Shown: positions 13,101 through 26,779 of the stretch, piece by piece
Layout: every line of letters begins with the position of its first letter
Position numbering within the stretch: the first letter of the stretch is position 1
NCBI GenBank assembly: GCA_964016885.1
Contig: OZ024743.1
Coordinates: 144,460,001-144,524,000 of the forward strand
Source: Eledone cirrhosa
Taxonomy: Eukaryota
Length of the DNA stretch: 64,000 nucleotides
Direction of reading: 5' to 3'
The notes under the pieces: generated by a model
The model's database searches: none
Told to the model about the DNA's origin: nothing
Seen by the model: only the letters and a program-made list of their open reading frames with translations
Translations under genes and position numbers: made by a program

Positions 13101-15951
13101 TGTGTGGTCCGTGTAGCTGACTATCTTGAATTGTGGACAGCCTATGCTAGACTTATCTATTTCCCTACAAAATACTCTATCTAGATATGATCTGGATGAC
13201 CCGATGCGGTTTGTCCAAGTCCACATTAGCACACTCGGGAAATCCAATCGTTACCTGTCAAACAGTTCAAAACGCCTGAGCAAGTTGGTGAGACTCTTTC
13301 ACCCTCCACCCCTATCCACTAATCCCACACAGTCCCAGCGTGCATCTAAGATCCCGTTCCAGTCGCCCACTAACACTAAAGAGCGGGACGTTCCAAGAAA
13401 GGTCTCCAGACGCCGGAAGAAATCAGGCCGCCCTGCTCCTGTCGGGGCATAGACGGCCACTAACCTGAAAGCTTGCCCGTCTCCGCTGGTCACGTCCAGC
13501 GCCACCAACTTACCCTCTGGGTCCAGGAAGATTTCCCGTATGGCAAGATCCAAACCTCTCCGAAACAGCAAAGCAACTCCACCCCCCGATCCAGGACGGC
13601 TGGGAGATGCGTACACATCGTAGCCGCCGAAGATCGGTGCGAAGGCCCGTGCTTCGGAGATTCTGGTCTCGCTGATGGCCACTACATCTATGTTTAGTGA
13701 CCTGAGATCGTTGAGCAGGTGGCCCTGCTTCCATGACGACCCCAAGCCACGCGCATTTATGCTGCCTATTCTGAGTGAGGTCATGTTGAAATGGAGTGGA
13801 AAAGATGGGAAAGACCACTTACCTTACTTCTCGTAGAGGAAGGACGGTTTTTCCATCCTTTTCACTGCTTGTGGCCTCCTCAGGAAGGATGTCCTTATAA
13901 ATCCTCCTGGAGAGTGCTTGTCGGAAGTCTCCGATGTCTTTGGGGAATTTTTGTTTTAGTATCATGTACGTTTTCTGTGTGATGCGAGTGATTTGTATGT
14001 ATGGAGGTGGTGTGAATTTTTGGGTTGTTGTGTAGTCTTTTTCTGTGATGCTGGTGTTGTGTTGGATGTAGTGTAATAATTGGTTGTTGTTCAAATTTAA
14101 TGCTGTGTAGTGTGTATCGTTTTGGTTGTTTTGTTTTGTTTGCGTTTGTTGTGGGTTTGTTTCTGTTTCGCATTTTGGTGACTTTTGTGGTGTAGGTGAT
14201 GGTGGTGTTAGGGTTAATGATGGTGATGGGGTTGGTGATGCTGGTGTGGATGGTAGCATATCTGTCCTAACTTTTTTGTTTGTTAATTTATTTGTTTCCC
14301 TCTGTATTTTGTTTTTGGAGGGGGAAGGAAGAGAATTTTTTCTTTTTTGGTTTCTTTTTTTCTTTTTTCCTGATACCGTTTCCCACTCCTCGTCGTCACA
14401 ATCTGTCTCCAGTTGTGATAGGCCGGGGAGTGGAAAATCCTCCACAGGCGTTAGTTTTGGTTGTGGCGTGGTGGATGGTGTAGGCGCTGGTGCTAGTTCT
14501 GAAGCGTTGGGTGGTGGTGGTGTTGGTTTTGCTATTGTTGCTGGGGTTGTTGCTGTTATAGTTGCTTCTGTTGTTGCTGCTACAGTTGTTGCTGCCATCT
14601 CTGCTACTGGTGGTGTTGATGGTTGAGTCACTGGGGTGGGTAAGAGAGGTAGCCTCAACCTTTTAGCCTGAGGGCAGAAAGCCCTTAGGTGGGTTCCTTC
14701 ACCACAAACGACACACCTAGGCCTTCTGCCCTCGACAATTACGGTGAGGTGGCTGCCGTCAGTGAGGTCTATTACCTCTGGGATCTCCTCAATGCTTTTT
14801 TGGTCCGCTTGGATCAGGAGCTCCATCCCCGATCCGGACCAGTTCTCCTGCTTTTCTTTTGCTATTGCTATTATCTTTGTGTTGGCTTCGATGCCGGCGA
14901 GGACGGCCGCTATTAGCCAGGGAATTTCGATGGCCGGTGGAACGTGGGTCACCCTGATCTTTACGAGTCTCTGGCCACAATAGCTTGGGACGAGTGTGAA
15001 GTCGTCACTTCTTAATGGGGCCATGGAGTGTTCTCTAGCCTCCTCTGGTGTTTCAAAGAACACGTCCACTGTTCCATACTTCTGCCCACATCTGATATGG
15101 GTTTTTCTTGCCCACACATGTCCCATTGGGACTCGGATGCCCGTTCCACTCGGCGCGATTTTACATTAATTGTTCGATACGACACGGTGCATAGACGGCG
15201 ATGATCCATTTTATTAGGTGTGTGTGGAGGGGGGGGGGGATGAGGCTGACCCTGTACCCATCTTTCTTTACCATTTTTTTGGCATTTTCTAATTCCTCCT
15301 GAGTTACCTGAAATGCTTCGCACTGATTTGCTACTCTGGCAAAACTCAGAGTGGTTTTTTTAATGTCATTGTTGCTGTTGTTGTTATCGTTATTTTTGTT
15401 ATTAATTTTAATTTCAATTGTGGTGGTGGTGACGTCAGTTGTGTTCGGTGGGGAAGAGTCCATTTTGCTTGAATTCATTTCGACATCACGAGTTAATTTA
15501 TTTTCTTCTTTTGTTTCTGTTGTCGCGGTGGTGGTGGGGGTGGTGGTTTTCGCGGTGGTGGTGGCGGCTTTAACACCTGCAGTCATTGGTAATGGCGGGA
15601 AATGAATGTCTGCCTGAGACAAATTAAAAATATTGCTACTGCTTAAATTTTTGTGTTGGCAAACGTAGTAATATTTACAATGGTGGTGTCGGTGTGAGGT
15701 GTTAGTTTATGAGGAAGGCTCTCAGCTTCGTGTGGCTGTGAGACTTCCATGTTTATTTTTCAAAGAAATTTTTTTGATAATTATAAATGTTTAAATTTTT
15801 GGCACAAGGCCCCAATCTTTTTGGGTGTCCTTTTCGGAAAACAATTATATACAATTAACAATAAAATTTTCCATAAATGGCAATTTTTAACAAACGGAAA
15901 CAAGAAACCTTTGCGGAGCTCACGATGATACGATTTACTACGTAGGTCGCC
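10134..15951 (-). mobile_element. Tx1-like L1-clade retrotransposon A, full length, frameshifted (ORF1 about 13819-15750; APE-RT ORF2 about 10300-13784)
   Basis: ORF1 knuckle CVVCGEGTHLRAFC; APE motifs SINARGL, ISET, GDWN, SYLDRVF; RT motifs FRPITLLN, LDQSKAFDRV, QGCPLS, YADD; C-terminal CPRC..ETVLH; AATAAA plus (ATT)n tail; both flanks are (AAT)n. Confidence 0.95.
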
Positions 15952-16005
<54 letters not shown>

Positions 16006-16010
16006 AATAA

Positions 16011-17692
16011 TGCTTTCTTTATTAACCACAAGGGTTTACATAATGTAGACATTAAGGACAGTACAGGACAATACAGGACGGTACAAATGGGCATTTCTGC
16101 GTGTAAAAAAACAAAACAGAGGATGTAAGAAACAAATAACAATGAAAAATTCCCCAATACGGGGCAGACTTCCAAGGGACATTTGTGGAGAAAGCCCATT
16201 AAAAAGCCACAGTGACCCTGACCACCAGGGCAAGTGCCCTCTCCCAGTTTTCCACCTTTAATTTACAGACACATACTCAGAGTAGGCCCATTCACTCGGG
16301 CCATTCTTGCCTCTCTCACCCATCTTTCAACACAATACTGAGAAGAGAGCACTTCCCTCTCTACCCTGATTTTCCTTTTCAAATGAAATTTGAAAAAGTT
16401 AATCAGGGCATCACCGAAGAGGTAAGTGCTCGTCTTAAGCCCTTTCAAACGTGTTCACCATACTATCTCTTTCGCCATGGCCACCAGACAGATAAAAACT
16501 GCCTTCCCTTCTCGGCTAAAGGAAGAGGGCGGGGCAATCCTCACGATGGACTCAGCTGATAGCTGATAGCTGGATCCGTCCTACACGTGACAGAAGGTGT
16601 TCGACATAAACCCAGAAGTCAACAATGCTCGAACACTGGACGAGTCCGTGCAGGACGGTTTCGTCGCCCTGCGCGCATGTCCGACATGCCTGGCTGACGG
16701 TACTTCCATGCCAGTAGAGTTTATCCCGAACTGGCAAAGCTCCTCGGTAGCACTGCCAGACCAGCGATTTCTGGAAGTTGTCCATAGGTACCGGCCCGAA
16801 AGTTCTTCCGAAGAGATTTGCTAGTTGATTTTCATCGACGCCTAGAGTTTCCCGAAGTACGTTGTCGCTCTTCCCCTCCACTAATCATCTATAGAACGCC
16901 AAGATGGAGTTTCCACCGATCACATTGCCCGATTGGTCGAGGCCTGTGAGGGGATGGTGGGGGAGGGGGTGGGGGGAGGCTGATCCTGTACCCATCTTTT
17001 TTTACCATTCTCTTGGCTTCATTTAATTCCTCCTGGCTTACCTCGATTGTTTCGCTTTTCTTGGCTGCTTTGGCAAACGACACATTTTGTTTCGCGGTGG
17101 TGTTGTTGTTGTTGTTGTTGTTATTCTCATTGTTATTGTTTTTGCTGTTGCTGTTGTTATTTTTCGTTTCAGTTGTGGTGGAGGTGGTGGTGGTGTCAGT
17201 GGTGTTCGGCGTGGAAGAGTCGATTCTGGGTGAATCCATTTCGATGTCACGAGATAATAATTTATTTTTGGGGGTTTCTGTTGTCGTTGTGGTGGTGGTG
17301 ATGGTGGCGGCTTTAACACCTGCAGTTATTGGTAATGGCGGGAAATCCATGTCTTTATGCGGCAATTCTAAATAATTCAAAATGCTATTAATTATATTTT
17401 CAGTGTTGGGAACCTTAGCAAGGCTTACAATAGTGTTGGTGTTGGTGTTGGTGGTGGTGGGGAGGGGAGGGGTCTGTTAAAAACAGTAAATTTGTCGTCC
17501 ATGTTTTTTTTCAAAGAAATATTTTGTTTGATAAATAAAAAGTTTAAGTTTTTTGTGTCCTTTTCAGAAAGCAATATATGTGAACTTATAAACACTTAAC
17601 AACAACATTTTTCCATAACTGGCAATTTGAAACAACTGAAAACAACAAACCTTTGAGGAGCTCACGATAATACGATTTCCTACGTAGGTCGC
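16011..17692 (-). mobile_element. Tx1-like element B: both termini kept, about 4 kb internal deletion
   Basis: 3' 0.9 kb nearly identical to A; 5' end ggcgacctacgtag as in A; ORF1 N-terminus fused to ORF2 C-terminus at about 16950. Confidence 0.92.
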
Positions 17693-17693
17693 C

Positions 17694-17732
<39 letters not shown>

Positions 17733-17748
17733 TAATAAAAATAATAAT

Positions 17749-17935
17749 AATTGTTTCTACTTTTGGCACAAGGCCAGCAATTATCCCAGTATATTACTGG
17801 TACTTTATTTTATCGACCCCGTAAGGAAGAAAGGCAAAGCTAACCTCGGCGGGATTTGAACTCAGATCATAAAGGACCGTTATTCTATGCTGCAAAGCAT
17901 ATCGCCCGACTCTCTACCGATTCTGCCAATTCACC
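17749..17935 (-). mobile_element. Full-length SINE in (AAT)n between Tx1 B and C
   Basis: A/B boxes, central domain and tail as above. Confidence 0.9.
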
Positions 17936-17960
17936 AATAATAATAATAATAATAATAATA

Positions 17961-20900
17961 ATGATTTCTTTATTGGCCACAAGGGCTGCGATCAAGAAAA
18001 ACATTATAGACGGCACAGGACGATACGATGTGGGTTTTGTGCGTGTAAAGATTTTTATTATTTATATAAGAAAAGAAAAAAAGGACAGAAACATATATAT
18101 ATATATAATCAATAAAAATGAAAATTGAAACAATGAAAAATTCCCCAATATGGGGGAAACCTCTGAGGGTTACTCGTGGCGAAAACCACACAAAAGACCA
18201 CGGCCACCCTGACCACCAGGGCAAGCGCCCTCTCTCAATTTTTCCATTTCTCAAACTACAGGCGTATATTCAGAGCGGTCCCGTTCACTCGGACCATTCT
18301 CGCTACATTCACCCACCTTTCAACAAACTTGCTAGAAAGCAGCACTTGCCTCTCCACCCTGATTTTCCTCTTCAAGTAAAACTTGAAAAAGTTAATTAGG
18401 GATTCGCCGAAGAGGAAAGTGTCTGTCTTTAACCCTTTCAACCTTGTCCACCACACAATCTCTTTCGCCATGGCCACCAGGCAGATGAAAACCGCCTGCC
18501 ATTCCTCCTCGAAGGAAGACGGCGAGACCATCTGCACAATGGACTCAGCTGATAGCCGGATCCGTCCTACACGCGACAGCAGGTGTGCGACATAGCTCCA
18601 CAAGTCAGCAATGCTCGGGCACTGAACGAGTGCGTGCACGACGGTTTCGTCGCTCTGCGCGCATCTCCGACAGGCTCGGCTGACGGCACTTTCGTGCCTG
18701 TAGAGCTTATCTCGAACCGGTAACGCTCCCCGGTAGCACTGCTAGGCCAGGGATTTTTGCAAGTTATCCATAGGCCCTGGGCTGAAAGTTCTCCGGAAGA
18801 GAGCAAACAGCTGAACTTCTTCGACGCCCAGGATCTCTCCGAGAACGTCGTCGCTCTTCCCCTCCACTATTCCTCTATAGAACGCCGAGGTGGATGTTAC
18901 ACCGATACTGGTGCCCAGCTGGCAGAGGGCAGTGAGCACCTGGAGACATTCCAGTTTCCAAGCGCTATCCCTCGGTCCTTTGCTGACCCATGACTGCAGC
19001 ACCGTTAAGGAGACGAGTTGTGGGAAAACGTGGCTGGCGAACGGCGACCACACCTGTTCAACGTCAAAGAAGCACCAGAGATGTCGCAGCCTCAGCGCAT
19101 GTTTGCGCATCATCAGCCATGGCATGCCCAGTCCTCCACGCAACGGGTGTTGACAGCAGATGGACGGTCTTACCATGGGAGCGCGTCCCTTCCACAAAAA
19201 GCGGAAGAGGAGACGCTCCATTTTGGTGAGAGTTGGGCCGGGGCAAGGGACGACGGTGAGGCGGTAGCAGATGACGGATGCGATGTACGCATTCGCCACC
19301 TCCGCCCAGCCTTTCAGGGACATCTTCCTCTCAGCCCATTTTTGGGTGAGGGCGGCCACCCTGCTCGTCACCTCGCTCCAGTTTTTCTCCATCTGGAGGT
19401 CCGGTCCGAACCAGACCCCAAGCAATTTAACCGGTCCGGGCGTCCAACGCCCCACGACACTGTCGGACGGCATGGACTTTCCTCTCCAGGTGCCTAGCTG
19501 CAAGCCCACCGACTTTTCCTGGTTTATCTTTGCTCCTGTCATCGCTTCGTATTCCTTGAGAGCGGTGCCGAGCATCTGGACGTGTCTGGTGCACAACACC
19601 ACCACGGTGATGTCGTCGGCGTAAGCCGACTCGGATTTCTCGCTTCCTAGTTCGCGTAAGACGCCCCTCATCACCGCCAGTTTGTGCAGTAACGGTTCGA
19701 GAGCCAATGCGTACAAGAGAGACGAGAGGGGACAACCCTGGCGGTCCGAGTGCATGATGCTGAATGGCTGCGACAGGTGACCGTTCACCCACACAACTGA
19801 GCAGATATCGCTGTACTTCGCAGCGATCCAACCACAAACGGGCCCGAAACCGGCTGCCTCAAGGACCGCCGCCAGGTACCGATGGTCGACCCTATCGAAT
19901 ACTTTGGATTGATCCAAGTTGATCAGGGCCCCACCCGTGCCAGGTTCCTTAACCACCCTCTCTATGATGTATCGCATGAGGTGGAGGTTGTCGTGTATGG
20001 ATCTGTCCGGAATGGCGCATGTCTGCGCCTCTTCCACCAGACCCTTGACGACAAGCGCCAACCTACCTCGTTGCTAACACCTAGGCCAAAATCTTGAACT
20101 CTGCGTTTAGCAGGGTTATGGACCTGAAGTTATCGATAACATCCCCCTTGTTTGGGTCTTTTCTCAGCAGCGCCACCGCTCCCCGGCTCACAAAGCTGGG
20201 AATGCTCCCGTTCTGCTGCCAGTTGCAGTAGACGTCTGCCAAGAGGTCACCGAACAAGTCTGGCATAAATGCATAAAACTCGTAGGGCAGACCATCGAAA
20301 CCTAGAGATTTACCCCTCGTGCAGTTAGCCATTGCTTCCCGTATTTCACCAGCTGTTATTGGCTTTTCGCAACACTGTGCTACGGTCGTCGAGAGCCGAG
20401 GCAGTCCGTCGAGGTAGGCACTGAAGTCCATACCCCGATCCGGCCCGCTGCTGCTCCCAAACAGTTCAGCAAAGTGCTGCTGAAAAGTTTCACACATCTA
20501 CTCGGGGTCGAGCAACACGCGCCCGTTTTGGTCAGATTAAGACCGAATTGTGGCTTTGTTGTCACGTCGCGCCTCTGCCACCCGGGCCCATTGGACGGCT
20601 TTTGTCCCCTTGTGTTTCAGAGCATGCGCTCTAGCTCCGACAACGCAGCCTTCGTGTTTTGCGTTGAAGAATTGGTCGAGTGCCAATCTCGCCGCAAGCA
20701 CGTCGGTTGCAATGCCTGTCCTAAACGCCTCTTCTAGCTTCCTCTACTCTATTTTCCTCTATCACTAGTCCTTTGCTAAACCTTATCGACTCTACTTTAA
20801 TTGCCTTTTTCAGGGTGAACCACCACCTGTTGTTGACGATCGCTCCCGTCAACGCCCGCTTAACTAATACGCTAATCCGGTCTCTGTAGGTTTGCGCGCC

Positions 20901-23900
20901 GAGAAAGATGCGTTCAGCTTCCAGTAACCGCGGGTCCTTGTCTATGAAGTCTGTCTATGTCGATCTCACAGATCACAAATTTGTGGTCTGTGTAGTCGAC
21001 TATTTTAAATTGTGGACAACTTATACTAGCCTTATCTAGTTCTCTGCAGAATACCCTATCGAGATGCAATCTGGATGACCCGATGCGGTTTGTCCATGTC
21101 CACATTGGCACATTCGGGTGATCCAGTCGATACCTGTCAGACAGTTCAAAACGTCTGAGCAGGTTGGTGAGGCTCTTGCACCCTCCTCCCCTATCCACTA
21201 GCCCCACACAATCCCAGCGTGCATCCGAGATACCGTTCCAGTCGCCCACTAACACTAAAGAGCGGGACGTTCCAAGAAAGGTACCTAGACGTCTGAAGAA
21301 ATCTAGCCGTCCTGTCCCTGTCGGGGCATGGACGGCTATTAGCCTGAAAGCGTTGTCTTCGGTGCCGCCTACGTCCAGCACCACCGACTTACCTTCTGGG
21401 TCCAGGAAGATGGTCCGTATGGCGAGATCCAAGCCTTTCCGAAACAACACAACCACTCCGCCTCCCGCTCCCGGACGGCTCGGAGATGCGTACACCTCGT
21501 AACCGTCGAAGATCGGTGCGAAAGCTTGCATTTCGGAGATTCTCGTCTCGCTGATGGCCACCACGTCTATGTTTTGTGACCTGAGGTCTTTAAGCAAGTG
21601 ACCCTGCTTCCAAACCGAGCTCAAGCCACGCATGTTTACACTTCCGATCCTGAATACGGCCATGTTGGGTGAGGAACGGGGCAAGTGAGAAAGGATAACT
21701 TACCTTGATCGTCTGGTGAAGGGACCGTTGAATCGTCCCTTCGGCTGGTCGCCGGCTCTTCTGTGAGTATATCCGAGTATACTTTCCGGTTGAGTGTCCC
21801 TCCTAGGTCTCTGAAATCACCAACTGCGTTGGGGAATTTCATTTTAATGTTTGTGTATTGTTTCTGTGATATTCTTACCGGTCTTTTATTCGTTGGTGTT
21901 TTGATTGGTGCTGGTATTATGTAGTCGTGCTGTGAAATGTCTGTGTTCAATTATGTAAGTCATTAGTTTCTTGTTGTGTGTATTTATTGCTGTGCATTTC
22001 TTTTTCTGGGGGTGTGGTGTGGTTCTGCTATTTTCTTGTCGTTGTTGCTGGGTGTGTGTGTTTTGTTGTGTTTGCGATGTTGGTGCTTGTGGTGGTGTTG
22101 TTGAAGGTGTTGTTGTTGTTGGCGGTGGGGTTACCGCCGATGGAGATGGTAGTGCTAGTGTGGGTGGTGATGGTGTTGGTGGTGTTGCTGCTGTAAGTCT
22201 TTTTGCAGTAGCCTTTACCCCTTTTTCATTTCTTCCCTCCTTTCCCTGCGCTGCTTCTGCGTTTGTGCCTTCTTGCGACCTTTTGCCACCCCTCTCTCAC
22301 CTCACACTCCATGTCCGATTCTGTGAGGTCGGGGAGGGGTACCATGATGTTTGCAGTGGAGTCTCTGCTGCAGCTGCAGTTGGTATTACTGTTGTTGTTG
22401 TTAATACCTCCACTGCTGCTGCTGTTCTTGATTTCCGTGGCGTGGGTACGGGTGCCACGGACCTATCCTTCCTGCTTGCCACCTGTCCTGTTGCTGGTAG
22501 CAGTGGAGTCGGTTTCGGAAGGAGGGGGGTTTTCTCCTTTCTCAGGGTCTTCTCATTGCAGAAGGCCCTGAGGTGAGTCTTCGACCCACAGCGAAAGCAT
22601 TTCGGGCGTTTGCTCTCAACACTTATGGGAAGTTGAGTGCCGTTATCGAAATCTATCACATCCGGGATAGCTTCGATGCACTCCTGGTTGCTTTGAATTA
22701 ACATCTCAATGGAGGCGCCGACCCAATCTTCTCGTACTTTTTTCTGTACTTGCAGTACGGTTGTTTTGTCCTCTATTCCGACGAGGACAGACGCGGCCAG
22801 CCAAGAAGGGGCCATCCCGGGGGGGGGGGGGGGAACTTGGATCAGTTTGACCCTCACAATTTTTTGCCCGCAGTAGGAGGGCACAACACCATTTCCTCGC
22901 TCCTTAGGGTCACTAAGGATTGAGACTTTGCCTCCTGGGGTGTGGCAAAAAGCACATCCACGGTGGCATATTTCTTGCCTCGGGTGATATGCGTTTTCCG
23001 CTGCCACACACACACACAGACCTTAAGGCTTTTTGTATTTGATCCTCTGTGGCTCTTTCAACCCTACGTGATTTTGTGCTTACTGTACGGTACGTGACCG
23101 TACAGTGCTGTTGGGTTTCGAAAAATTCTTCAGCTTGCTCGGTGTCCGGTTTTCGTCACCATCTTCTTTGCTTCCTGTAATTCCTCATTTGTTATAAGGA
23201 TGGTTTCCATGTTCTTTGCGATACCTGCAAAGGAGATTGTTTTTTCTTTGTTGTTGTTGTTGTTGTTGTTGTCGTCAGAGCTGCTGTTACTTTTGTTGTT
23301 GCTGCTGGTACTACGACCGCCGCCGCCGCCGCTGTTGCTGTTGTTGTTGTTGTTGTTGTTGCTGTTGTTGCTGCTGCTGTTGTTGTTGCTGTTGCTGCTG
23401 CTGCTGCTGTTATTACAGCTGCTGCTGCTGCTGTTATTACAGCTGCTGCTGCTATTCTTTATGACGTCAGACGAATGAAATGGCTTTCGGTATTTAACGC
23501 ACACATCTTTCGTCGTTGTCGTCATCGTGGAGAAATGGTCCACGGTACGCGCGTTCTCTTGATGAAGAACGTTACGAGAAACTACATTTTCTTTTTCTTT
23601 AATGGCGTCGCTTGTGAAAGAGGCGACAGAGGCGACACCACATTTAGAGAAGGGAGAGAGACAATTTTTTTCTGACGTAATGACGATTGGGGAAGAAGAC
23701 AGAAGGAGTGGGAGAGACTTGTGAAAATTCTTTTTTGTAGCCATGTTTTTTTTACGGTTTAAAATGAATATTGGGCACAAAACCCCAATATCTGGTTATT
23801 TAACCCCGAAGGGCCAAATAACGGACAGAAAGACCCCTCTCACGAGGAGGAGGGTGTCTTATCTACAATTTGGTTCAAGTTTTAAACAATTTACAATTGT

Positions 23901-23959
23901 TATAACGGTTAAAAATTACTATACCTTACAAAGCCGAGCCTCCGTCAACCATGGCATTC
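17961..23959 (-). mobile_element. Tx1-like element C, full length, frameshifted
   Basis: ORF1 CFRCGSKTHLRAFC; APE 20914-21663; RT 18742-20497 with YADD; (AAT)n on both sides. Confidence 0.95.
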
Positions 23960-23990
<31 letters not shown>

Positions 23991-23993
<3 letters not shown>

Positions 23994-26350
23994 CTTTCGT
24001 TATTAACCACAAGGGTTGACACAAAGTATAACATTAAGGACAACACAGGACAATACAGGACGGTACAATTGGGCATTTCTGCGGGTAAAAAAAAACAAAA
24101 ACAGAAGATGTAACAAAAAGAAAACAATGAAAAATTCCCCAATGGGGGGGAGGGGAGATTTCCGAGGGTCGCTCGTGGAGAAAGCCCACAACAAGTGCCT
24201 TCTTCCAGTTTTCCTCCTACGATGCTACAAGCACACGATCAGGGTAGGCCCATTCACACGGGCCATTCTTACCTCTCTCACCCACCTTTCAACAAACTGG
24301 CTGGAGGTCAGCACTTCCCTCTCCACCCCGATTTTTCTTTTCAGGTGAAACCTGAAAAAGTTAATGAGGGCATCATCGAAGAGGAAAGTACTCGTCTACA
24401 ATCCTTTCAGACGTGTCCACCATACGACCTGTTTTACCATGGCCACCAGGCAAATGAAGACTGCCTGCCCTTCCCGGCTAAAGGAAGGCGGCGAGGCAAT
24501 CCTCACGATGGACTCTGCTGATAGCCGGATCCGTCCTACACGCGACAGCAGATGTTCGACATAAACCCACAAGTCAGCAATGCTCGGACACTGGACGAGT
24601 GTGTGCAGGACTGTTTTGTTGCCCTGCGCGCATCTCGGACATGCCCGGCTGACGGCACTTCCATGCCTGTAGAGTTTATCCCGAACTTGCAAAGCTGCTC
24701 GGTAGCACTGCCAGGCCAGGGATTTCTGGAAGTTGTCGATAGGTCCCGGCCCGAAAGTTCTTCCGAAGAGATTGGCTAGTTCATTTTCGTCGACTCCCAG
24801 AGTCTCCCCAAGTACGTCGTCGCTCTTCCCCTCCACTAATCCTCTATAGAACGACAAGGTGGAGTTTTCACCGATCGCATACCCCGACTGGTCAAAGGCT
24901 GTAAGCGTATGAACATTCCAGTCTCCAAGCGCTCCCTCTCAGTCTTCGCTTGACCCAGGACTGCAGCTCCGTCAAGGAGTCGAGCTGGGGAAACACGCGT
25001 CTAGCAAACCGCCACCACACCTAATCACCGTCGAGGAGGAGAAGTCGCAGCCTGAGCGCGTGTCTGCGCATCATTAGCCACAGCATGGCCAGCCCTCCAC
25101 GTAGCGGGTGTTGACAGCAGATGGACCGCCTGACCATCGGAGCGCGTTCCTTCCACAAAAAGCGAAAGAGCAAACGTTACAGCGCAGTCAGGCGAGGCTT
25201 AGGACAAGGCAAGACGGTCAGGGGGTAGTAGATCACTGACGCGATGTACGCATTCGCCACCTCCGCTTGACCTTTCAGGGATAGCTTCCTTTCTGCCCAT
25301 CCCAAGGCGAGAGAAGCCACCCTGCTCGTCACCTCGTCCCAGCTTTTGTCCGTCTGGAGGTCATGGCCGAACCAGACCCCTAGCAATTTAACCGGTCCGT
25401 CCGTCCAGCGACCGACGACGCTGTTAGACGGCATGGACCTGCCTCTTCAAATGCCGATCTGCAGGCCCACCGACTCTTCCTGGTTGATCATTGCTTCTGT
25501 CACCGCCTCGTATTCTCTTAGTGTAGTGCCGATCGCCTCGATGTGTTTGGCGTTCGACACCACTACGGTGACGTCGTCCGCATATGCTGACACGGTTCTT
25601 CTGCATCCCAGTTTGCGCGGAACCCCCCTCAACATCTCCAATTTGTGCAGTAATGGCTCGGGAGTCAATACGTAAAACAGGGATGAGAGGGGGCATCCTT
25701 GGCGGACCAAGCGCATGATGTTGAATGGTTCCGAAATGTGACCGTTCACTCTCACCACATAGCAGATGTCGCTGTGCATGGCAGCAATCCAGCCTCTGAA
25801 GACAGGCCCAAAGGCAGCCGCTCCCAGGACTGCCGCTAGATAACGATGGTCGACCCTATCGAACTCTTCGACTGATTTAAATGGATCAAGGACCCACGCG
25901 TGACAGGTTCCCTAGTTACCCTCTCTAAGATGTATCGCATGAGGTGGAGGTTGTCGTGGATGGATCTGTCGGGAATGGCGCATGTCTGTGCCCCTCCCAC
26001 CAGACCACCAACGACAAGCGCCAACCTCTTTGCTAGCACCTTAGCCAAAATCTTGAACTCTGTGTTTAGCAGAGTTATGGGCCTGAAATTATCTATGTTA
26101 TCCCCCTTGTTCGGATCCTTTCTCAGCAGCTCCACCGCTCCTCGGCCCACAGAGCTGGGAATTCTCCCGTTCTGCTGCCAGTTGCAGTAGACGTCCGCTA
26201 AGATGTCTCCGAACAAGTCTGGCACATATACGTAAAGTTAGTAGGGCAGACCATCCAAACCAGGCGATTTACCCATTGTGTAGCCAGTCACTGCCTCTCG
26301 TACTTCAGCAGCTGTTATCGGCTTTTCGCACACTCCGTCTCAGTGGATAA
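23991..26350 (-). mobile_element. Tx1-like element D, 5'-truncated
   Basis: RT and C-terminal fragments; 3' end aacccttgtggttaataacgaaagc(att)n. Confidence 0.93.
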
Positions 26351-26362
26351 ACTTATATATAT

Positions 26363-26484
26363 ATCACTAGCTCTGATGAATTGACTGGCTACAACTATGT
26401 ATTGGTGATCGAACGACGCGAAAACAGGCGGGTAGCGATCTCTAGACCTACCAGTTCAGAGAAACAATTGTCAGCAATGTGATT
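26363..26484 (+). ncRNA. Type I hammerhead with long stem II, within a PLE-like pLTR fragment (26363-26702) between TA runs
   Basis: atcactagct CTGATGA ..tgactgg...ccagttca.. GAAA caattg TC agcaatgtgat. Confidence 0.7.
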
Positions 26485-26779
26485 AAAAACCTTTTTTGTA
26501 TAGCAAACCGTGTCACTCTTCTTTCTTGATTTATCATTACTCCAAGTGTTAACAACATAGAAATCACCGCGTACTCGCAGCATTACTATGGAAACACCTT
26601 GTTGAGTCAAACTTATCCAAGCGTTGATATCATCCACTACTCGGAGTACCCTAACTGGACTACACATAAGTGGACTACCTATAACAGTAATCTGTTATCC
26701 TGTATATATATATATATATATAGTAATAATATTGGTAGGTAGGTAGGTAGATATATAAATAGATAGATAGATGAATAGA

